Assembly: GCF_004010195.1 (NCBI RefSeq)
Contig: NC_057719.1
Location: 86,535,286 to 86,564,898 of the forward strand
Reading direction: 5' to 3'
Source: Chiloscyllium plagiosum
Taxonomy: Eukaryota
DNA length: 29,613 nucleotides
Shown here piece by piece: positions 1-11,400 of the stretch. The stretch's first letter is position 1, and every line of letters begins with the position of its first letter. The notes under the pieces are model-generated. The model did not search any database and was not told the DNA's origin. It worked only from the letters and a program-made list of their open reading frames with translations. The translations under genes were made by a program, and so were the position numbers.

Positions 1-554
1 AAATTTAGAAAAAGACTTGTTTCCTCGCAGTGCCCTATCTCTTCCTCCTCACTGGTACAATTTCCTGTACTGTGCTCCAACAATTCAGCATTAAATACCT
101 CAATATCATTCTGATTACCTCAACCAAGCGTACAAAACTCATTGGATGGCAGAGAGTCCCTGGAGTCTCATTGCAAAAATATATGGTGGGATTCATTATA
201 TAGTGACATTATTGCGCTCAGTTCTTTTTAGTATTTCCCACTTCTCAGTACCAGGGAAGCCTGCGCATGTGGTAATGGTGAGGTATCAAATTCACAGGGA
301 CCCACTGAAACACCAAATCTGTTTATAGCATTCAGTTGCTGAAAATCCTTAACCTGGATACCATTCGGATGAAACACAAATGGAGTCAGAGCAGCAATGC
401 ATACCGCCCTGTCATTAGTCCATAATAGAAGTAATCACTTTCCAGTCACACAAAAAGACCTTATGAACCCATTTGTATATAATGTGTTTTCTCAATTCTT
501 TAATGGATGCTCTAGTGTCGTGCTCCCCTTTGGTGTGCTGGAGACAGGCTGCTG

Positions 555-2165
555 CCCCTTTTCCTGGGAAAAGGTTTCTTGCTATCCACCCTGTCTAAAC
601 TTTCCATGATTTTGTAGGCCTCAATCAGATCCCCACTTGACCTTCGTCGTTTCAATGAAAATAATCCGAATCTACTCAACTTCTCCTCATAGCTAGCACC
701 GTCCATACCAGCCCTAGTGAACCTCCTCTGCACCGTCTCCGAAGCATCCACATCCTTTTGGTAACATGACGACCAGAACTGTATGCAGAATTCCGAAAGT
801 GCCGAACCAAAGTCTTATACAATTGTAACACGACCTGCCAACTATTGTACTTAATACCCCGTTTGATGAAGGAAAGCATGTCATATGTCGTCTTGTACAT
901 CAATTTTCTCTCATGTACATCTCTCTGTACATCAATTTTCCCCAGGACTTTTCCATTTACTGTATAGTTCTCTCTTAAATTGGATCTTCCAAAATGCATC
1001 ATTTCGCATTTGTCCGGATTGAACTCCATCTGCCATTTCTCTGCCCAACTCGCCAATCTATCTATATTCTGCTGTATTCTCTGACAGTCCCCTTCACTAT
1101 CTGTTACTCCACCAATCTTAGTGTCATCTGCAAACTTATTAATGAGGCAACCTACACCTTCCTCCAAATTACTTATGTATATCACAAACAACAGTGGTCC
1201 CAATACTAAAAAGAACTGAGCGCAATAATGTCACTATATAATGAATCCCACCATATATTTTTGCAATGAGACTCCAGGGACTCTCTGCCATCCACTGGTC
1301 ACAGATCTCCATTTTGAGAAGCACCCTTCCACTACTACTGTCTCCTGTTGCCCAATCAGTTCTCTATCCATCCAGCTAGAACACCCTGGACCCCATGCGA
1401 CTTCACCTTCTCCATCAGCCTACCATGGGGAATCTTATCAAATGCCTTACTAAAGTCCATGTATATGACATATGCAGCCCTTCCCTCAACAATCAACTTT
1501 GTCACCTCTTAAAGAATTTTATTAGGTCTATAAGACACCACCTTCCCTGCACAAAAACGTGCTGCTATCACTGATAAGCCCATTTTCTTCCAAATGGATA
1601 TGTATCCTATCCGTCAGTATCTTCTTCAACAACTTCCCTCCTCCTGACGTCAGGCTCACAGGTCTGTAATTACCTAGATTATCCCTGCTACCCTTCTTAA
1701 ACAGGGGACAACGTTAGCAATTCTCCAGTCCTCTGGGACTTCCCCCGTGTTCAAGGATGCTGTAAAGATATCTGTTAAAGCTTTAGCTATTTCCTCTCTC
1801 ACTTCCCTCAGTAACCTGGAATAGATTCCATCTGGACCTGGGAATTTGTCCAGCTTAATGCCTTTTAGAAGGCCCAACATTTCCACCCTCCTTATGCCGA
1901 CTTGACTTAGAGTAATCAAAGATCTAACCCTAACCTCAACATTCGCCATGTCCCTCTCCTCTGTGAATACAGATTCAAAGTACTCATTAAGAATCTCCCA
2001 TTTTCTCTGACTCCATGCATATCTTTCTTCCTTTGTCCTTGAGTGGGCCCACCCTTTCCCTCGTTACCCTCTTGCTCCTTATGTATGAATAAAAGGCTTT
2101 GGGGTTTTCCTTAACCCTGCTCGCCAAGGATATCTCATGACCTCTTTTAGCTCTCTTAATTCTTC
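555..2165 (-). mobile_element. CR1-clade LINE ORF2 (reverse transcriptase) fragment, decayed
   Basis: Minus-strand translations GPDGIYSRLLREVREEIA...GEVPEDWRIANVVP, GPLLFVIYI...KFADDTKIGG...WAEKWQMEFNPDKCEMMHFG and VQRRFTR...LFSLKRRR...GDLIEAYKIM, broken by frameshifts. Confidence 0.93.
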
Positions 2166-2842
2166 AAAGTTAAAGGCCTATATTCTGTCAGTCTCTCAGC
2201 TGGTCTTATAAGTTGCAGCTGTGACATGTTCATTCCAGTATGAGTGTCCTTTTCATCTGCCTTAAACATACCCATAAAAGGTGTATACATCCATGCTGTT
2301 GCTATGTGCTGCACAAAGACATCTTGGTGCATCCTCTGAGGCTTCCTCCACCTTGCCAGAGACTAATGTTAGGATCTCAATGCTGGTAACCGCAGAGATC
2401 ACTGTTTCACCTGGTGGGGAAACAAATAATGATTGTGAAAGTCACCATCATCAGTAAGCTTCACAGGATCAATAAGGAGAGATCACATCCGGAGTGAGGC
2501 ACAGCCACATTGAGTGTATATACTTCTGGGATTTTGGAGCAGCTCAGAAATTTGGTGATGCAGGGAAGAAGTATTTTATTCTTTTGGTTAATAGTTTCTA
2601 AGGCCTTTTAAACAGGATAAATTAAAGCCCAGCATAATAGGCCCAGCAGAAAACAAAGGGTGACAGCACAGGGAAACTGTAAGTTTATTGGTTGGTAATA
2701 GCTACTAATTTGACTATGTTATTATAAGGTACTTTCTCATTAAAGGCAAGTAGGAGAAATATTTTTCAGATTAAAAACTAAAAACTCATAAGAAATTAAA
2801 AAGAAATAAATTAACTATTAATAAAATCTATTACCTATAATA

Positions 2843-3138
2843 AAATTCCCGCCTCAGGCGACTGACTGCGTGGAGTTTGCACATTCTCCCCGTGTCTGCG
2901 TGGGTTTCCTCTGGGTGCTCCGGTTTCCTCCCACAGTCCAAAGATGTGCAGGTCAAGTGAATTGGCCATGCTAAATTGTCCGTAGTGTTAGGTAAGGGGT
3001 AAATGTAGGGGTATGGGTGGTTTACGCTTGGGCGGGTCGGTGTGGACTTGTTGGGCCGAAGGGCGTGTTTCCACACTGTAAAGTAATCTAATCTAATCTA
3101 ATCTGTAAAGTAATCTAATCTAATCTAAAAGTAATCTA
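2843..3138 (+). mobile_element. HE1-type V-SINE, 5'-truncated, young subfamily
   Basis: V-domain tggagtttgcacattctccccgtgtctgcgtgggtttcct...cccacagtccaaagatgtgc, CR1-like 3' end and (TAATC)n tail. Confidence 0.92.
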
Positions 3139-3317
3139 AAAAGCGATGGAGGGCCAGGCAATCTGTTGTAATTGCATGATATGGGAGCTGGTGGATGCCA
3201 TTGTGGTTCATGTTAGCCACATCTGTCATAAGTGTTGGTTGTTTGAGGGACTCTGGCTCAGCTGGAGTTGGCAATTAGCTGGAGTCTGAACTTTGAACAT
3301 CGCGACACGTCAGAGAG

Positions 3318-3761
3318 AACATAGAACATAGAAGAATACAGCGCAGTACAGGCCCTTCGGCCCTCGATGTTGCGCCGATCCAAGCCCACCTAACCTACAC
3401 TAGCCCACTATCCTCCATATGCCTATCCAATGCCCGCTTAAATGCCCATAATGGGGAACAGTCCACCACTGCTACTGGCAGGGCATTCCATGAACTCACG
3501 ACTCGCTGAGTAAAGAACCTACCCCTAACTTCTGTCCTATACCTACTCCCCCTTAATTTAAAGCTATGCCCCCTTGTAATAGCTGACTCCATACGTGGAA
3601 AAAACTGCACACAATATTCCAGATGCGGCCGCACCAGAGTCTTATACAACTGCATCATGATCTCAGAACTCCGGAACTCAATTCCTCTACCAATAAAAGC
3701 CAGTACGCCATATGCCTTCTTCACCGCACTATTTACCTGGGTGGCAACTTTCAAAGATAAA
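3318..3761 (-). mobile_element. Young CR1 3'-end fragment with an internal in-frame deletion, nested in the ORF1 of the older CR1
   Basis: ORF 3395..3754 (VKKAYGVLAFIGRGIEFRS...LVRPHLEYCVQF/FPRMES..TRGHSFKL...FFTQRVVSSWNALP), (AGAACAT)n tail at the left end, candidate TSD AGAGAG at 3312-3317 and 3762-3767. Confidence 0.9.
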
Positions 3762-4570
3762 AGAGAGGCAGAGTTACTTGGATTCAGTGCTTGAGGAGGT
3801 GTTCACACCTTTAGATTAATGACCTTGAACTCAGTCAGTGAACAGGGGCAGGAAGGGTGTGATTTGATTACGAGCAAGGTAGTCAAAGGAATTCAAGAGG
3901 TAGTGTCGAAGAAGCCTCAGCTCTGAGCTTGTCTAACAGGTTTGAAATGCTTTCTCCCTGTGTGGATGAAAGTGGGGGCTTCAGGGAGGATAAGCAAACT
4001 GACCACACCACTGTGGTACAAGAAGCCATGGAGGGGTGGAGGTTTGTAAAGAGACATCTAGTTGTAATTGGGGATAGTATAATCAGACAAACAGGTACTG
4101 TTTTCTGTGGCCAAGATCAAGAGATCTGAAGACTGTTACCAGCCTGGTGCCTATCTCATCTGGGCTTCAGAAGGACTTAAGAGTGGGAGGGGAAAGATCC
4201 AGTTGTTATGCTTTATATAAGCACCAACAATATAAGTAGAAAGAAGATAAAGGTTCTATTAAGGGAATATGACAACTAAATTAAAAAGCATATTCAAAAA
4301 GGTGGTCATGCCTGGATTACTACCTGAGCTATGAGATAATCGGCAGAGTCAACAACATTAAAGAGGATAAAAATGTGTCTCAAAGATTGGTGTGCAAGGA
4401 ATGGGCTCAAAGTTTGGGATATTGGCACCAGTACTGAGGAAGAAGGGAGCTGTTCCAATGGGACAGGCTCTGCCTGAATCCTGCTGGGACTACAGTCCTG
4501 GCAAATCACATAACTAGGGCTTTAAGCTAAATAGTAGGAGATGGATTCAGTTGCGTGGAAAACTATCAAA

Positions 4571-4666
4571 CTACTCCTCCTCGTTTGCTGCCTGAACTGC
4601 TGTGCTTTTCCAGCACCACTCTAATCTAAACTTTGGTTTCCAGCATCTGCAGTCATTGTTTTTACC
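4571..4666 (+). mobile_element. Penelope-like element 3'-terminal fragment (96 bp)
   Basis: gctgcctgaactgctgtgcttttccagcaccactctaatc...ccagcatctgcagtc is homologous to the Penelope ends at 9698, 20812 and 29424; perfect TSD TGGAAAACTATCAAA at 4556-4570 and 4667-4681. Confidence 0.85.
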
Positions 4667-5707
4667 TGGAAAACTATCAAATCAAAGGTAGAGGAGAAAG
4701 TGGGATTGCAGGTCAGTGATGTGCTGATTGTTACCACAATATAAAAGGGACTGTCAATATGCGTGAATGTCATATTGAACCAAGAAATCATAAGTGTGGG
4801 AAATTCAAAAATAGAACAAGCGTAAAAGCTTTGTGTCCTAATGCAGGAAGTACTTGGAATAAGATACATCAACTGTGAATGTGTAAATTGGAGTAAATAA
4901 ATATGATCTCATTGGCATTAAGGAGATAAAAACTGGGAACTTAACATTGAGGGATATTTGATTTTTTTGGAAGGACTGGAGGGATAGCTGATGAAATAAA
5001 CACAGCTGTGAGAGATGATCGAGGCTCACAGGATGTCGAGTTCACTTGGGCAGCGGTCGAAAACAGCAAGGAAAGGAAGACATTGATGGAAATGTAGTGT
5101 ACAGACCCCCAAACATTAGCCACTCTGAGAGAGGCTGTAAATCAACAAATAAGAATAGGAGGATGTAAAAAGGATAGAGCAGTAATTATGGATGACTTAG
5201 ATCTTCATATTGCTTGTGTTAATCAAATTTAAAAGGGTAACTATGGCAACTGGTTCATAGGTAGAGATAGTTCTAAGAAAGAGTCTCCTAAACAGTGGCA
5301 TGGCAAAAATATATCCCAGAGAGGAGGAAAGATTGAGAGAAGCATAAGCCAGCCATGGCTAACCAATGAAGTTAAGGAAATTATTAAATTGAAAGCAAAA
5401 GCATATAAAGAGGAAAAAGTCAGTGATTGCTCAGAAGTCTGAGATAAATTCAGAATCCAGCAAAAGAGGAATAAAAAGATAATAAAGACAGAAAATAAAC
5501 TATTAAGGCAATCTAGCAAGGAAAATAAAAGCTGACAATAAGAGCTTCTTTGAATATATCAGATAGAAGAGACAGGTCAAGGTGAATATAGGACTCTTAC
5601 AAAATGAACTTGAGACAGTTATGAGGGATAAGGAAATGGTAGAGGAGTTTAACAGATATTTTGCATCACAGTAATACTAAACAATATGGGATAGGAATTA
5701 ATTAACA

Positions 5708-5850
5708 TCTGTTTCTCTCTCTCTCTCTCTCTCTTTCTGTCTTGCTCTGTCGTTATCTATCTTTCTTTCTTTGTCTCTCTCTCTCTTACTCCTCCTCTCT
5801 CTCCCCACCCCACCCCCCACCCCCAATCTCTGGCCCTCTCTCTCTCTCTA
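5708..5850. repeat. (CT)n-rich pyrimidine microsatellite
   Basis: Imperfect ct dinucleotide runs and a C-rich tract, seen directly. Confidence 0.9.
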
Positions 5851-6244
5851 TTTTCAAAGGAGCCCATCTTGTAGTTGGTACACACTGCTGCCACTGTGTG
5901 TGTGGCCAGCAATAAATGTTTAAGGTGGTGCTTGTGTTTTGAAATATAATCAGAACAATTGTTATACTAGCATAATAATATGCTTTTCTGTACCTATTTA
6001 TAGAAATGAAAAGGCATGTGGTGTTCTCAGTGCGACAAGGTCCTCCTAAAAAGGATCAAACAAGATTTTGTTTGATACATTTGAGTAATAAGTTAAGACT
6101 CCTGATATTTTTTAATAGTGCTGAACTAATTTTAATATGCAGGAGTAGCAGGGACCAAGGCTGTCTGCCTATTCTATTGTGCAATAACATGCCTGAACAT
6201 GCATTGAAATGGCTTTTGATTGTTTCAAATTTGATTGTTCCCAG

Positions 6245-6381
6245 TACGTGCAGCAGACTGTTATGTTTCTTTGCACCTCCCTACGGCATCTGCAGTTGAT
6301 TACAGAACAAAAACCATACCCAATACCAATAATCCTGAGTGGAATGAAACCTTCACATACAGGCTACAGAGTATGGTGAAG
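6245..6381 (+). CDS. PLA2G4F-like: cPLA2 C2-domain exon (137 nt, phase 1 to 0)
   Basis: Acceptor ttgttcccag|TA, donor AAG|gtaagc; encodes RAADCYVSLHLPTASAVDYRTKTIPNTNNPEWNETFTYRLQSMVK. Confidence 0.95.
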
Positions 6382-8429
6382 GTAAGCCAGGCTTGATAAA
6401 AGAAGGCAATGTATAATGGTATGAAACAATGAGTTCTCATCTAAGTGTTACAAGAACTATCCTGCAGATTGGAAAAGGGACGCCCTGTTGTATTGCTGAT
6501 TTCAAAGCTGCTAAATTTAGAATGGTTTTATGGAAGAAATTAACATCATTCTATTGTATTTTGAGTTACTGAAATGTCATATTGCATAATTGTGGAAGGG
6601 AGGCGGATGCAAAGCCATATTGGGTCACATTGGGAAGGATATACAGGGAACGGTTTATAAAGACCATATTGCGTCAAAGTGGGAAGGGTATACAGAGCCC
6701 ATGTTGGGTTACACTGGGAAAGGTTTACAGAGCCCATGTTGGGTAACATTGGGAGAAGTATGCAGAGACCATATTTGATCACTTTGGGGGTGGAGGGCAT
6801 TGGATCATATTTTTCAGGGGGTTGTGATGCACGGAGCTCATTTGTGTCATGTTTGGAGGAGTGGGTGGCACTGCCCATACTAGGTCATGGTGAGTATAAA
6901 GACCATATTGTGTTACAGGTAAGTAAATCCCATATTATGTAAGGTTGAAGAAGGTGTACAGAGTTATGTTAGGGGTGGATATGCAGATTTCATATTGTTA
7001 TGTTGGACAAGGTGTGCAGAGTTCTGCTATGTGCAAAATCTGTATTTTGTCACTGTGGGAAAGTATGTGCATAACCGTATTGTGCTATGTTGAGAAAATG
7101 CAGCAACCAAGCTATGTCACATTGAAAGTGGTGAAAAGGTGTAGAGGAACAAATGTTCAAGGCATTTAGAGGTTCAAGAATTTCAGAATATCTGTGGTAG
7201 ACTAGGATCATAATAGTCTAAAGAGCAGAGTCCTAGATGGTCCTTGGGTGATTTTCTACTGCAATGTGGTTCTAGTCCACTGAGAAAGATGGTACTGCTT
7301 GACCTTGTCCATGAGCATATGGTGGACTATTTGAATCAGATGTTGGTAGGGTAAAATTTGCAGGCGTAAATAATCATAGCTAACCTGAATCTAATGATAC
7401 TATAGAGAAGGATAAGGAAAAATCCAGAGTAATGATAGTTCACTGTGGTAAGAATGGACCTGACTAGATAAATTTAACATGAAGGTTGGTAGAAAGTGTA
7501 AAACTGTAAGTGAACAATGGATGACCTTTAAAGAAAGGTGTGTTCAGGTGGAGTTAAGGCAGTGATAAAGGGGAAAACTAAGACATGCAAGGCAAGAGAA
7601 ATAGTGATAAAAAGGAAGAAATGTCCTTATGATAGGTGTTGGGTGGATAATAAATTGAGAAATAGGCTGAATATAGAAAGGTTCAGAGAGAAATTGAAAA
7701 AAAATGAAAGGCTTTTAAAGCCAACATAAAAGACAATCAGAAGTCTTCTGTAGGCATTGAACTAGTAAGAAAAATATAGTCAATTAGCAGCCAGAAAGGG
7801 AATTTAGATATGGAGACAGAGATACTCTTGAGTTTGTAAATAAATATTTGTATCTGTCTTTGCCAAGGATGTGGAGGTACAGTGCCAGGTCATGGTGAAA
7901 GAGGAGGTAATTTAGATGCTGAAATGTTCAAAATTGATGAGCTATTTGATAAGGCTACCTGTCCTTAAAGCACCAGGATTGGATGAGATTCAAAGATATT
8001 GAAGGAAGTGAAAGTGGGAATTGTGGAGGTACTAGTTGTCCTTGCATGCAGGGTTGGTGTCACAACACTGGTGATTGCAAATGTTATACCCCATTCAAGA
8101 ATTACAGGCAGTTTTAGATTAGATTAGATTCCCTACAGTGTGGAAATAGGCCCTTCAGCCCAACAAGTCCACACCGACCCTCCTAAGAGTAACCCACCCA
8201 GACCCATTTCCCTCTAACTAATGTGCCTAACACTATGGGCAATTTAGCATGGCCAATTCACCTGACCTGCACATCTTTGGACTGTGGAACGAAAACAGAG
8301 CACCCGGAGGAAACCCACGCAGACACGGAGAATGTGCAAACTCCACACAGACAGTCACCCGAGGCAGGAATCGAACCCCCACCTCTCCTCCTCCCACCTC
8401 CCTCTCTCTCTCCCTCTATACCTCTGTTA

Positions 8430-8462
<33 letters not shown>

Positions 8463-11400
8463 CGTCTCTCTCGCTCTCGTCCCTCTGTCTCGCTCTCTCT
8501 CTCGTGTTCTCTCCCCACACCCTCTTTTTGATGATGGCAATACTGTTTTTGTGCTGCATATAATTCCGGAAGCTATTTGTCAGATATGAGAAGTCACAGG
8601 TTTGAGAAATGAAATGAACAAGTAGCAAAGTGTATGAAGTTAGCTGAGTTACAGGGACTGAAGAGAAATAGTTAGTGGATGTTTTTCAGACTTGAGGAAG
8701 ATATCTGTTGGAGTTCATCAACTATTAGACTGACTATTCCTGATGGATATTAGTGATCGAGACCTTAGCGTTTCAAAATTTTCAAATGATACAAAACCTG
8801 GGGGCATTCTGTGAGGATGGTGTCGAATCTCAAAAACGTTTATGTATATCAGGGGAATGAGCAGAATAGTGGCAGATGAAATTAAATGCATTGAAATGTG
8901 AAGTTATTCATTTTGGTAGATTAAAACAGAGAAATCATGAAATAAAGAATAAAATTCTAGAGAGTGTGTAGGGGTAGATATGCATGCATACACATCATTG
9001 AAAGTTGCAGGATTGGTTGAGAGTATGGTTATTAAAGCATATAGCACCTGAAGTTCAATTAATAGAGCATAAACAACAAAATCATATTACACTTGTGTAC
9101 AACAATATTTCATTTAGTTGTGAGTACCATATTTAAGAAGGGTTTGAAAGCATTAGAATGAATGCAGGGAAAATTCATAAGAATGTTTCCAGGGAAAAGG
9201 AACCTTAGTTATGAAGATAGACTTGAGAAATTAGGACTGTTTTTCTTGTAGGAATGAAGGTTGAGAAGTGATTTGATAGTATTCAAAATCGTAGTCGATG
9301 GTTAGAGTAGGTGGGAAAAGCTGTCCCCATTGATGGAAGGGTTAAGAACACCAGGACGTACATTGAAGGTACAGGCCAAAAAAAATGAGGACATGAGGAA
9401 TTCTTCATAAAATTAGTGGTTAGGGTTTGGAATGCACTACATGAGAATAGCTAGAAGCAGGTTCAGTTGAGGCATTTAAGAAAGTAGTAGATCATTATTT
9501 GAAAAGGAAGACAATGCAGGGCTACAGTGCCAAAGTGGAAGTGGCATGTGGTGATTTACTCTTTAGGAGAGCCAGCAGAGACATGGTGGACTGAATGATC
9601 TCCTTTTCTGTAATCATTCTGTAATTGTCTATGATTCTGGATAATGCATTGTTCATTTGGTGTTACATGAGGAAGGGTGGGAAGAGCCCATATTGTAGGC
9701 AAAAGTGAGGACCGCAGATGCTGGAAACCAGAGTTTAGATCAGAGTGGTGCTAGAAAAGCACAGCAGGTCAGGCAGCATCCAAGGAGCAGGAAAATCAAC
9801 ATTTTGGGCAAAAGCCCTTCTTCAGGAATTCTCGATGAAGGACTTTTGCCCGAAACGTTGATCTTCCTGCTCTTTGGATGCTGCCTGACCTGCTGTGCTT
9901 TTTCAGCATCACTCTGATCAGAGCCCATATTGTATCCCACTGGATGTAGTGCTCAATGCACATAATGTGTCACGATGGAAATAGCCCAAAGCCCAAATTT
10001 TTTTGCAATGGGAAATCTTGTGCAGCACTCATATATTTTGTCACATTTACACTTACTGATAGAGATTGTTTTGGATAGTGTCACACACTGTTTTACTATT
10101 TAGTTTAATTGGAGACTGATAAGTTTCCTTAGAAGTTCCTTTAGACAGCCATAAGTTTCCTTAGACTCATAGAGATGTACAGCATGGAAACAGACCCTTA
10201 GGTCCAACACGTTCATGCCAACTAGGTATCCTAAATGAATCTATTCCCATTTGCCAGCATTTGGCCCATCTGGACCCTTCCTATTCATGCACCCATCCAG
10301 ATTCCTTTTTAAATGTTGCAGTTGTACCAGCCTCCACTTCTTCTCTGGCAGTTCAATCCATACACACATCACCCCTGTGTGAAAATGTTGCCCCATAAGT
10401 CCCTTTTAAATCTTTCTCTTCTCGCCTTAAACCTATGCCTTCTAGTTTTGGACTCCCCTACCCTGAAAAAAACACCTTGACTATTCACCATATCTATGTC
10501 GCTCATGATTTTATGAATCTCTATAAACTTAACCTTCAGCCTCTGATGTTTTATGGACAATAGCCTCAGCCTATTCAGTCCCTCCCTCTACCTCAAATCT
10601 TCCAACACTAGCAACAGCCTTGTAAATCTTGTCTGAACCCTTTCAAGTTTCACAACATCTCTAGCAAGGAGACCAGAATTGAACACAGTATTCCAAAAGA
10701 GGCCTGACCAATATCCTAGGAGACAGTGAAGCCTGCAGATGCTGGAGATCAGAGTTGAGAGTGTGTTGCTGGAAAAGCACAGCAAGTCAGGCAGCATCTG
10801 AGGATCAAGAAAATCGACGTATCAGGCCAGAACCGTTCATCAGGAATATGAACGGCTCCGGCCTGGAACGTTGATTTTCCTGCTCCTCGGATGCTGCCTG
10901 ACCAATGTCCTATACAGCCACAACATGTCCTCCCAACTCCTATACTCAATGCACTGACCAATAAAGGCAAGCATACCAAATGCTGCCTTCACTATCCTAT
11001 CTACATGCAACTCCACTTTCAAGGAACTATGAACCTGCACTCCAAGGTCTATTTGTTTGGCACCACTTCCCAGGACCTTACCATTAAGTCTTTAACTCCT
11101 ACCATGATTTGCTCTACCAAAACGTAGCATTTCACATTTATCAAGATTAAACTCTAAATACCACTCCTCGGTGCATCTGGTAGAGGTCCTGTTGTATTCT
11201 GAGGCAACCTTCTTCTCTGTCCACTACACTACCAATTTTGGTGTCATCTGTAAATTTACTAACCATGCCTCCTATATTCATATCCAAATCATTGACATCA
11301 ATGACAAAAAGCAGAGGACCCAGCACCTATCTCTATGGTATACCACCATTCATGGGCCTGCTGTCTGAAAAGCAACCTTACACCACTACCCTCTGTCTCT

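Larger units (their letters stand above)
2395..5700 (+). mobile_element. CR1-clade LINE, 5'-intact and 3'-truncated (5'UTR, ORF1 with Cys-rich N-terminus and SGNH/GDSL esterase, ORF2 endonuclease remnants), with three nested inserts
   Basis: ATG at 3146 starts MEGQAICCNCMIWELVDAIVVHVSHICHKC; LSNRFEML and VVIGDSIIR follow at about 3930-4085; degraded endonuclease and linker run to about 5700. The 5'UTR aligns by eye with the reverse complement of 28823-29245. Confidence 0.85.
7165..9640 (+). mobile_element. Old CR1-clade LINE (endonuclease C-terminus to 3' end) with internal deletions and a nested SINE
   Basis: Degenerate CR1 motifs (ccaggattggatgagatt, gattgcaaatgttatacc, tggcagatgaaattaaatgca..aaatgtgaagttattcattttggtag, tggaatgcactac) and 3' end ggactgaatgatctcctt...ctatgattct. 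Confidence 0.8.

Noticed and set aside
146..609. Two short + strand ORFs at the window start
   Set aside because: No recognisable domain or consistent splice signals, and the second runs into antisense CR1.
6004..6090. Possible upstream cPLA2 exon after the acceptor-like ttttctgtacctatttatag (ORF 6006..6299)
   Set aside because: No frame gives the expected L.V.VLRA-type first C2 strand, two frames hit stops, and the donor-like site reads ttgagt rather than gtgagt. The true exon probably lies outside the window.
6590..7140. CRISPR-like array or repetitive coding exon
   Set aside because: Vertebrate intron; units are adjacent and diverged with no unique spacers, and the ORFs lack splice context.
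8223..8628. Cluster of overlapping 70-104 aa ORFs
   Set aside because: Translations of a SINE plus a CT microsatellite.
10119..10165. ATAAGTTTCCTTAGA direct repeat as the TSD of a tiny element
   Set aside because: The 17-bp spacer is itself a variant of the repeat. Local slippage beside a CR1 tail is simpler.
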